Of a DNA stretch of 64,000 nucleotides, positions 53,546 to 64,000 are shown in pieces. The stretch is from Acidimicrobiia bacterium (GTDB taxonomy: Bacteria > Actinomycetota > Acidimicrobiia > Spongiisociales > ZC4RG35). Position numbers and translations under genes: made by a program. Location: positions 65,196 to 129,195 of the forward strand of contig DATFGI010000063.1 in assembly GCA_035249605.1 (NCBI GenBank). Reading direction: 5' to 3'. Within the stretch, counting starts at the first letter, position 1; every line of letters starts with the position of its first letter. The notes beneath the pieces were generated by a model. That model ran no database searches. It was not told the DNA's origin and saw only the letters and a list, made by a program, of their open reading frames with translations.

Positions 53546-54432
53546 TGGCCGCGGGCAACATGCCCGCCGCCGAGGTCGAGGTGACCGTGGCCGTGGTGCG
53601 GGAGCTCATGGCCTCACAGCGTCCCGACCTCGCCGATCGAGACATCTCCCTGCTCTCCTTCGGCTGGGACAACCTGTCGTTCCGTGTTGGGCCCGATCTG
53701 GTGGCCCGGCTACCGAGACGCGCCGTCGCGGTCGAGCTCCTGGGCAACGAGGCGCGTTGGCTCCCCGGGCTGGCCCCGAATCTCCCGCTCCCCATCCCGG
53801 CGCCGCTGTTCGTCGGGGAGCCCGACGAGAATTACCCATGGCCCTGGTCGCTGGTTCCACTCATACCGGGCGAGACGGCGGCGGAGTCCGAAACCCTCGA
53901 CCAGGAACGATGTGCGGTCCAACTCGCCGAGTTCCTCCGTGCCCTCCATCAACCTGCTCCCCAAGGTGCGCCGGCCAATCCATACCGGGGAGTTCCACTG
54001 ATCGATCGAGACCACGTGGTCGGGGAGCGCCTCGAGTCGCTTGGTGAGCTGGTCGACCGCCCCATCCTGGAGGAGATCTGGCGTGGTGCCCTGGCCGCCC
54101 CCGTCTTTCCCGGGCCACCGCTCTGGCTGCACGGTGACCTCCACCCCATGAACCTCCTCGTCGTCGCGGGCTCCCTCTCGGGTGTCATCGATTTCGGTGA
54201 TCTCACCGCAGGCGACCCGGCCACCGACCTGGGTGTCGCGTGGATGCTCTTCGACGGGCCTGGGCGGGCACGGTTCAAATCGCTCCATGGGGGAGGAGAC
54301 GATGGCATCTGGGCACGGTCGGCCGGCTGGGCGCTGTCCCTGGGGTTGGCCTATCTGTCCCACTCGGCGGACAACCCGGTGATGGAGCGCATCGGGGAGC
54401 GGACTCTGGCTGCGGTCATCGAGGAGGTCTGA
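53545..54432 (+). CDS. Aminoglycoside phosphotransferase (APH)-family kinase
   Basis: 295 aa with a TGATG overlap. Catalytic loop LHGDLHPMNLLV and GVIDFGDLTAGDPATDL. Confidence 0.87.
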   Translation: MAAGNMPAAEVEVTVAVVRELMASQRPDLADRDISLLSFGWDNLSFRVGPDLVARLPRRAVAVELLGNEARWLPGLAPNLPLPIPAPLFVGEPDENYPWPWSLVPLIPGETAAESETLDQERCAVQLAEFLRALHQPAPQGAPANPYRGVPLIDRDHVVGERLESLGELVDRPILEEIWRGALAAPVFPGPPLWLHGDLHPMNLLVVAGSLSGVIDFGDLTAGDPATDLGVAWMLFDGPGRARFKSLHGGGDDGIWARSAGWALSLGLAYLSHSADNPVMERIGERTLAAVIEEV

Positions 54433-54438
54433 GGAGCC

Positions 54439-56109
54439 TCATGGCTCCGGGATCGTGTTCCCGCTGCAGTCGAGGCCGTCACCGGGTCGGTAGAAGGCGA
54501 CGATCGTGTCGACCACCACTCTCCCGTCGGAGAAGGTCCGCTGCCGGTCCGTCGCCGTCTGACGGCACTGGTTTCGGAAGCTGACCCTCTGGTCCAACTC
54601 GACCACCTCCACGTTATGGGTCGAGTACATCGTGACCGTGATCGAGGTGGCGTCGTAGGTCGGCCAGATCAGCACCGGGTAGGCGGTGGCATTGGTCACC
54701 ACCAGGTCCGGCCCAGGCATCGAGAGGGTGGCCTCCCTGCCAAATGGATATCTGGAGAAGTAGACGGAATGGCTCTGGTACTCGTCGAGATCGAGACCGG
54801 CGAAGTAGGCGGCGTTGAACATCGTCGTAGTGAATTGGGAGACCCCACCACCAACCTCGTCAGTCATGTGACCGCCCCGGATGGCGCCGGCGGCCAGGTA
54901 GCCCTTCTCCCGGGTGCGGGGCCCGATGAAGTCGTTGAGGCTCAAGGTCTGGCCGGGGATCAGGTACACGCCGCGGACGGCGTCGGCCATGGTCTGGATG
55001 TTGGTGACACGATTCTCGCAGCAGGCATGTCTCGTGGTGAACTCGGAGACCGGTTCGACGATCTGGGAGCCGTCAGCCCAGGCGAGCCTGGTCGGGTCGT
55101 CCTCAGGTCGGGTTTCGACCTGATAGAGGGCGGAGCCACCGTCGAGCAGACGTTCGGCCACTGCAGCGACCGACTCCTCCGAGCAGCAGACCGGTGCCGC
55201 CGAGCCCTTCTCGACCACGACCACCTCGCCGTCCACGATCTCGAGCACCGGAGGGACGAGCTCGCCGCTCGGGTCGGGAAATGCCGCCTCGATCTCCCCT
55301 TGCAGCTCCTCGAGATCGACCGTCGCCCTCAAGTCGCCGTCCCCGGCTGTCGAGTGGATATGCCGGCGGATCCGCAGGGGCGCGACCGTCGCCTCCTTCC
55401 CGTCGAGAGCCAGGAGCAAACCGTGCTCGGTCTGCTCGTTGAGGCTGCGGGCGAGGGCATCTACCTCTTCATCGCTCACCGTGGGTGGGAGCGCCTCAGT
55501 TCCCGCCACTATTTCCACCGCTCCGGCGGCGACGTCAGACTCGGAGAGAGCATCAATCAACTCGTTGGTGTCGACACCGGTTCCGTCCTCGCCGGGCACG
55601 ACCCGGAGACCCACGCCGGCAGCGTGTTCGAGGGTCGGCTCGACGGGAGATTCGAGCACGAACTCTTCGGCGGCAAGCCGCTGACGTGCAATAGCCGAAT
55701 CGAGGTGAAATCGATCCTCGACCGTGATCTCCCGGAAGGGTGTGCTCGCCCATGCCGCGAACTCGCTGATCGCCCCATCGCCATGTCTCGCCGAGACGGC
55801 CTCTTCCAGGGTCGCCTGGTCGTCGTACTCGAAGCCGATGTCCCCGGCGTCGGTGACGATGCGTCGCCCGCCGATCTCGATGATCACGGGGGTGGCCAGG
55901 AACTCCTGCTCGCGCCGCTCGACAACCGTCGCGACCTCATCGCGGCTCATTCCGGAGACGTCGGAGCCGGCAAAGCTGACGTTGGGAGCAACCTCGGTGC
56001 CTTCGGCCGCGACGTGGTTGGTCCAGGCCACCGCGGAGACGGCCAGGGGTATCAGGAACGAGGGGAAGACCCACACCCAGTTGTTCACTCGGTCCCGATG
56101 ACGCCCCAT
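54439..56109 (-). CDS. VanW-family protein (YoaR-like) with an N-terminal membrane anchor
   Basis: 556 aa. TM anchor, then the VanW core GYLAAGAIRGGHMTDEVGGGVSQFTTTMFNAAYFAGL...YPFGREATL. Confidence 0.87.
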   Translation of the reverse strand: MGRHRDRVNNWVWVFPSFLIPLAVSAVAWTNHVAAEGTEVAPNVSFAGSDVSGMSRDEVATVVERREQEFLATPVIIEIGGRRIVTDAGDIGFEYDDQATLEEAVSARHGDGAISEFAAWASTPFREITVEDRFHLDSAIARQRLAAEEFVLESPVEPTLEHAAGVGLRVVPGEDGTGVDTNELIDALSESDVAAGAVEIVAGTEALPPTVSDEEVDALARSLNEQTEHGLLLALDGKEATVAPLRIRRHIHSTAGDGDLRATVDLEELQGEIEAAFPDPSGELVPPVLEIVDGEVVVVEKGSAAPVCCSEESVAAVAERLLDGGSALYQVETRPEDDPTRLAWADGSQIVEPVSEFTTRHACCENRVTNIQTMADAVRGVYLIPGQTLSLNDFIGPRTREKGYLAAGAIRGGHMTDEVGGGVSQFTTTMFNAAYFAGLDLDEYQSHSVYFSRYPFGREATLSMPGPDLVVTNATAYPVLIWPTYDATSITVTMYSTHNVEVVELDQRVSFRNQCRQTATDRQRTFSDGRVVVDTIVAFYRPGDGLDCSGNTIPEP

Positions 56110-56200
56110 AGACCGGTGGCATGGTAGGAGGAGATCCCCTCGGATTGGGGACAGTCACGCCGACCCCATGGGTCCTGCTCCGTGCTGCGAAGAATGGTGT

Positions 56201-56602
56201 GGGCGCGGCAGCTGTCGGCCGACCGGCGTCTGTTTGGGCCATTGACCCAGGGGGGAGGGGAGAACATCTAGGTGATCCCCGGCGACGGGATGAGAGTGGT
56301 CGCCGGGAGGCAAGGCCCAAGTCGGTGACTGGTTGCGGGCGCGGTAGCTGTCGGCCGACCGGCGTCTGTTTGGGCCGCTGACCCAGAGAGATGGGAGAAT
56401 CCTTAGGTGTGATCCCCGGCTACGGGATGAGAGCGGTCACCGGGCGGCAGGGGCCCAAAGTCGGTGACTGGTTGCGGGCGCGGTAGCTGTCGGCCGACCG
56501 GCGTCTGTTTGGGCCGGTGATCCAGAGGGGATGGGAGAACCGCTAGGTGATCCCCGGCGGCGGGATGAGAGTGGTCGCCGGGAGGCAGGGCCCCAAAGTC
56601 GG
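56201..56602 (+). repeat. Tandem array of three ~136-139-bp non-coding units upstream of rpoB
   Basis: Units at 56201-56336, 56337-56475 and 56476-56602 (3' truncated). Each begins GGGCGCGGYAGCTGTCGGCCGACCGGCGTCTGTTTGGGCC and ends GGCCCAA(A)GTCGGTGACTGGTTGC. The period is not a multiple of 3. Confidence 0.92.
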
Positions 56603-56646
56603 CCGACCATCAAGACTGTCGGCCGACCATGAATACAGCTTCATCC

Positions 56647-56676
56647 TTGACGCGTTTCTCTCCCGTGCGATAGAGT
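56647..56676 (+). promoter_or_regulatory. Candidate rpoB promoter
   Basis: TTGACG (56647-56652), 18-nt spacer, TAGAGT (56671-56676). About 160 nt upstream of the rpoB start. Confidence 0.4.
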
Positions 56677-56756
56677 GGGCGGCGAGCAGTGATGCTCCGA
56701 GACGTCCTGACTGGCGTGGCCGGATGGACCTCTCTACAACTGAGTTTTCCTTTTGA

Positions 56757-56792
56757 GGACATGTTCCCGCCTGTGCTAACATGTCCTTTCTT
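56757..56792 (+). promoter_or_regulatory. Leader hairpin followed by a T-rich run (possible attenuator) upstream of rpoB
   Basis: GGACATGTT (56757-56765), 12-nt loop, AACATGTCC (56778-56786), then TTTCTT. Ends about 42 nt before the rpoB TTG start. Confidence 0.4.
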
Positions 56793-56833
56793 GCGTTACC
56801 CGGTTACTATCCACCACCTCAAGGAGGCACCCC

Positions 56834-60202
<3,369 letters not shown>

Positions 60203-60217
60203 ATTCCGATCGAAATA

Positions 60218-60267
60218 CGAACCCTGGGTTGCCAGCGTCGCTCAGCGACGCTGTGAACCCTGGGTTG
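60218..60267. repeat. REP-like composite palindrome, core type 1, inside the rpoB-rpoC spacer
   Basis: CGAACCCTGGGTTGCCAGCGTCGCTCAGCGACGCTGTGAACCCTGGGTTG. Starts 16 nt after the rpoB stop. Confidence 0.9.
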
Positions 60268-60346
60268 GCGAAAAGTGCGAGTGATCCCCATAAGGAGATG
60301 AGGGCGGACGAGAGGAGACTCTCGCCCAAAGTCCGCCGATAACAAC

Positions 60347-63300
60347 ATGGCGCAGCAGATATTCGATGAACTGAGAATCGGCCTCGCCTCCTCGGACCAG
60401 GTCCGCGCCTGGTCCTATGGAGAGGTGAAGAAGCCGGAGACGATCAACTACCGGACCCTTCGTCCCGAGAAGGAGGGTCTCTTCGACGAGCGCATCTTCG
60501 GTCCTCAGCGGGACTGGGAGTGCTACTGCGGCAAGTACAAGAGGATCCGGTACAAGGGGATCATCTGTGAGCGCTGCGGCGTCGAGGTCACCCGCTCCAA
60601 GGTGCGACGCGAGCGCATGGGCCATATCGAGCTGGCCGCGCCGGTCACCCATATCTGGTTCTTCAAGGGCGTCCCCAGCCGTCTCGGCTATCTCCTCGAC
60701 ATGTCCCCCAAGGAGCTGGAGAAGGTCATCTACTTCGCCAGCTACATCGTCACCTCGGTCAACGACGAGACCCGTCAGAAGGACCTGCCCGAGCTGGAGG
60801 CGGCGATGGGCGACGAGATCGAGGTCGTCCGTAACGAGTTCAAGGAATGGCACGAGGTCCGTCTCGAGGCGCTCGAGGACGAGTTGGAGCGCATGGAGGA
60901 GGGCGGGGCCAAGACCCAGGAGATCAACGCCCGCCGCAAGGAAGTCGAGAAGGAGATCAAAGAGCGCGAAGAGCGGACCAACCGCGAGATCGAGCTCATC
61001 GAGGAGGCCTTCTCAACGTTCCGCACCATGGGGCCCAAGCAGCTCATCGAGTCCGAACAGCTCTGGCGTGAGATCTACTTCCGCTATGCCGACTACTTCC
61101 AGGGCGGCATGGGCGCCGAGGCGGTGAAGACACTGCTGCTCGGCCTCGACCTCGACGCCGAGATGGAGTCGTTGGAGCAGAACCTCGACGGCTCCTCACA
61201 GCAACGCCGCCAGCGGGCCACGCAGCGGATGAAGGTGGTCAAGCCGTTCTGGGAGGGCCAGAACCGCCCCGAGGACATGATCCTGGAGACGGTCCCGGTC
61301 ATCCCTCCCGACCTCCGCCCCATGGTCCAGCTCGACGGCGGCCGTTTTGCCACCTCCGACCTGAACGACCTGTATCGACGGGTGATCAACCGCAACAACC
61401 GGCTCAAGAGGCTGCTGGACCTGGGTGCCCCCGAGATCATCGTCAACAACGAGAAGCGGATGCTCCAGGAGGCCGTCGACGCTCTGTTCGACAACGGCCG
61501 CCGCGGGCGCGCGGTCACCGGTCCGGGCAACCGGGCCCTGAAGTCGCTCTCCGACATGCTCAAGGGCAAGCAGGGCCGGTTCCGTCAGAATCTGCTCGGC
61601 AAGCGGGTCGATTACTCGGGCCGCTCTGTGATCGTGGTCGGGCCCCAGCTCAAGCTGCACCAGTGCGGTCTCCCCAAGATCATGGCCCTCGAGCTGTTCA
61701 AGCCCTTCGTGATGAAGCGGCTCGTCGACCTCGACCTGGCCCAGAACATCAAGGCGGCCAAGCGCATGGTGGAGCGCCAGCGTCCCCAGGTCTGGGACGT
61801 GCTCTCCGACGTGATCCAGGAGCACCCGGTGCTCCTGAACCGGGCGCCGACCCTGCACCGTCTCGGTATCCAGGCATTCGAGCCGGTGCTGGTGGAGGGC
61901 AAGGCCATCCAAATCCACCCGCTGGTCTGTGAGGCATTCAACGCCGACTTCGACGGGGACCAGATGGCCGTCCATCTCCCGCTGTCCGCCGAGGCCCAGG
62001 CCGAGGCGAGGGTGTTGATGCTGTCCAGCAACAACGTGCTGTCCCCGGCCTCGGGCCGCCCGATCGTGACCCCGTCCCAGGACATGGTCATCGGGGTCTA
62101 CTACCTCTCCGAGTTCGTGGAGGACGCTCTGGGCGCGGGTCGCCACTTCGCCGACGTCGACGAGGCTGTCATGGCCTACGAGATCGGCGACCTGTCCCTG
62201 CATGCCCCGATCAAGCTCCGTCTCGGCGAGCTCGCCGGTGATCCCGAGGTCCACACCGACCTCAAGACGACACTGAGGAAGCTGATCGCAGAAGAGCCGG
62301 ACGACCCCAAGGCCCTCACCGAGACCACCCTGGGCCGTGCCCTGTTGAACACGGTGTTCCCCGAGGACTTCCCGTATATCAACTCGACGGTGATCAAGAC
62401 AGACATCAAGCTGTTGATCGAGACCATCATCGAGCGTTATCCCCGCTCGGCAGTGGCCAACACCTTGGACGGGATCAAGGAGTTGGGTTTCACCTTCGCG
62501 ACCCGCGCCGGTCTCACCATCGCCCTCGACGACGTCCGCACCCCTGCCGACAAGGCGCAGATCCTGGCCGAGTACGAGGAGCGGGCGGAGAAGGTGCAGA
62601 ACCTGTTCGCCAAGGGTGTGGTCACCGACGATGAGCGTCGTCAGGAGCTGATCGAGATCTGGACAGAGGCCACCGAGAAGGTGACCGACGCCATGAAGGC
62701 CGGTCTGAAGACCGAGCAGTTCAACTCGCTCGACATGATGGTGGGCTCGGGTGCCCGGGGGAACATGATGCAGGTGCGTCAGATCGCCGGCATGCGCGGG
62801 CTGGTGGCCAACCCCAAGGGTGACATCATCCCCCGGCCGATCATCTCCAACTTCCGTGAGGGACTGTCGGTGCTCGAGTACTTCATCTCGACCCATGGTG
62901 CCCGAAAGGGCCTGGCCGACACGGCCTTGCGTACCGCCGACTCCGGCTACCTGACCCGTCGACTCGTCGACGTCTCCCAGGAGATGATCGTTCTCGAGGA
63001 CGACTGTGGGACCGATCGTGGCATCGTGATCAAGGTGGTCGACGAGCGTTCGGGCGGCAAGATCCGAAACCTGCGCTCCCGCATCTACGGGCGTTTCCTG
63101 GCCGATGACGTCAAGGAGGGCCGGAGCCTGGTCGCCACCGACGACGACAACAAGCTTCGAGCCGGGACCGTGATCGGCACCAAGGAGCTGCACGCCATCG
63201 AGGAGGCGGATATCGAGTCGATTCGGGTCCGCTCACCGCTGACCTGTGACACCAGGTCCGGGGTGTGCCAGACCTGTTATGGCCTGTCCCTCGCCACCGG

Positions 63301-64000
63301 GCGGATCGTGGAGACGGCCGAGGCGGTCGGGATCATGGCCGCCCAGTCGATCGGCGAGCCCGGCACCCAGCTGACCATGCGTACCTTCCACACCGGCGGC
63401 GTCGCAGGTGAGGACATCACCCATGGCCTGCCCCGCGTGGTCGAGCTCTTCGAGGCCCGGACCCCGAAGGGGAAGGCCGTTCTCTCCGAGATCGCCGGTG
63501 TTGCCCGTGTCCTCGACGACGAGGAGGGGCGCCGTATCGTGGTCGCCAAGGGCGATGAGGAGGTCATCTACAAGATCTCCCGCTTCTCCAAGCTGCGCAT
63601 CCTGGACGGGACCGAGGTCGAGGCAGGTAGCCAACTCACCGAGGGCCCGCTCGACCCCAAGGAGGTGCTGGTCATCCGGGGCGTGCGCGCCACCCAGCAG
63701 TACCTGGTCGACCAGGTGCAGGAGGTGTACCGCTCCCAGGGTGTTGAGATCCACGACAAGCACATCGAGATGATCGTGCGTCAGATGCTGCGTCGGGTCA
63801 GGGTCGTTGCCCCCAACGACTCCGACTTCCTGCCCGCCGCGCTCATCGACGACCAGACCTTCCGGGACACCAACCGGGCGCTGGTGGCCGAGGGCAAGAA
63901 GCCGGCGGAGGGCCGCCCCGAGCTGATGGGAATCACCAAGGCGTCGTTGGCAACGGACTCGTGGCTTTCCGCAGCCTCGTTCCAGGAGACGACCAAGGTG
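60347..64000 (+). CDS. rpoC: DNA-directed RNA polymerase subunit beta-prime (3' end outside the window)
   Basis: ATG 60347 is open in frame to the window end (1218 codons), so it has no stop and is absent from the ORF track. [37 protein letters not shown], zinc site [53 protein letters not shown], and it ends ...[10 protein letters not shown]. Confidence 0.97.
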   Translation, partial: MAQQIFDELRIGLASSDQVRAWSYGEVKKPETINYRTLRPEKEGLFDERIFGPQRDWECYCGKYKRIRYKGIICERCGVEVTRSKVRRERMGHIELAAPVTHIWFFKGVPSRLGYLLDMSPKELEKVIYFASYIVTSVNDETRQKDLPELEAAMGDEIEVVRNEFKEWHEVRLEALEDELERMEEGGAKTQEINARRKEVEKEIKEREERTNREIELIEEAFSTFRTMGPKQLIESEQLWREIYFRYADYFQGGMGAEAVKTLLLGLDLDAEMESLEQNLDGSSQQRRQRATQRMKVVKPFWEGQNRPEDMILETVPVIPPDLRPMVQLDGGRFATSDLNDLYRRVINRNNRLKRLLDLGAPEIIVNNEKRMLQEAVDALFDNGRRGRAVTGPGNRALKSLSDMLKGKQGRFRQNLLGKRVDYSGRSVIVVGPQLKLHQCGLPKIMALELFKPFVMKRLVDLDLAQNIKAAKRMVERQRPQVWDVLSDVIQEHPVLLNRAPTLHRLGIQAFEPVLVEGKAIQIHPLVCEAFNADFDGDQMAVHLPLSAEAQAEARVLMLSSNNVLSPASGRPIVTPSQDMVIGVYYLSEFVEDALGAGRHFADVDEAVMAYEIGDLSLHAPIKLRLGELAGDPEVHTDLKTTLRKLIAEEPDDPKALTETTLGRALLNTVFPEDFPYINSTVIKTDIKLLIETIIERYPRSAVANTLDGIKELGFTFATRAGLTIALDDVRTPADKAQILAEYEERAEKVQNLFAKGVVTDDERRQELIEIWTEATEKVTDAMKAGLKTEQFNSLDMMVGSGARGNMMQVRQIAGMRGLVANPKGDIIPRPIISNFREGLSVLEYFISTHGARKGLADTALRTADSGYLTRRLVDVSQEMIVLEDDCGTDRGIVIKVVDERSGGKIRNLRSRIYGRFLADDVKEGRSLVATDDDNKLRAGTVIGTKELHAIEEADIESIRVRSPLTCDTRSGVCQTCYGLSLATGRIVETAEAVGIMAAQSIGEPGTQLTMRTFHTGGVAGEDITHGLPRVVELFEARTPKGKAVLSEIAGVARVLDDEEGRRIVVAKGDEEVIYKISRFSKLRILDGTEVEAGSQLTEGPLDPKEVLVIRGVRATQQYLVDQVQEVYRSQGVEIHDKHIEMIVRQMLRRVRVVAPNDSDFLPAALIDDQTFRDTNRALVAEGKKPAEGRPELMGITKASLATDSWLSAASFQETTKV

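Noticed and set aside
56201-56602. CRISPR array as an explanation of the tandem repeats upstream of rpoB
   Set aside because: The units are about 136-139 bp and directly abut one another with no unique spacers. No cas genes are nearby. The structure is a tandem duplication, not repeat-spacer architecture.
61196-63193. 665-aa minus-strand ORF, together with 63233-63763 and others, across the right end of the window
   Set aside because: It lies antisense to an unambiguous rpoC reading frame. Its composition is low-complexity and rich in G, D, L, V and H, typical of the reverse frame of high-GC genes. No recognisable motifs.

Overview
High-GC, gene-dense chromosomal segment with an Actinomycetota-type gene set: WhiB, NucS/EndoMS, F420-type LLM oxidoreductases, ClpS plus DUF2017, an HbhA-like lysine-rich protein and a standalone 5'-3' exonuclease. 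I support about 67 protein-coding genes, nearly all housekeeping. They include clpS, DAHP synthase, divergent glnE/nadE, mgtE, greA, selD, heme O synthase ctaB with a caa3-type cytochrome c oxidase operon (ctaCDEF), a serine-pathway pair, fba, nhaA, nucS, trmL, an acyl-CoA dehydrogenase, a rimK module and hsp20. rpoB-rpoC sit at the right edge; rpoC runs off the window and is missing from the supplied ORF track. Many genes are chained by 1-4 nt start/stop overlaps. I see no rRNA, tRNA, CRISPR array, transposase, integrase, phage or recognisable defence genes, so this looks like core genome rather than an island. Six signals are not explained by ordinary genes. (1) selD carries an in-frame TGA at the catalytic Cys/Sec position followed by a SECIS-like hairpin, so the track truncates it. 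(2) A REP-like family of ~50-bp composite palindromes (GAACCCNGGGTT arms around interchangeable hairpin cores) occurs at seven intergenic loci, including the rpoB-rpoC spacer. (3) A second, larger (~135-bp) modular repeat forms a 3-unit tandem array upstream of rpoB and about 1.5 units at 3.35-3.56 kb. Its two helices are replaced by different but still complementary sequences between the loci, which suggests a structured non-coding RNA or a structured mobile element. (4) An eRF1-like (baeRF-type) protein with a zinc ribbon lies directly downstream of clpS-DUF2017. (5) A five-gene translationally coupled block around ctaB contains uncharacterised lipoproteins and membrane proteins upstream of the oxidase operon. 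(6) A near-consensus promoter with nested palindromes precedes hsp20. Most long track ORFs lying antisense to these genes are high-GC artefacts. All family assignments come from reading the translations by eye; no database search was run.
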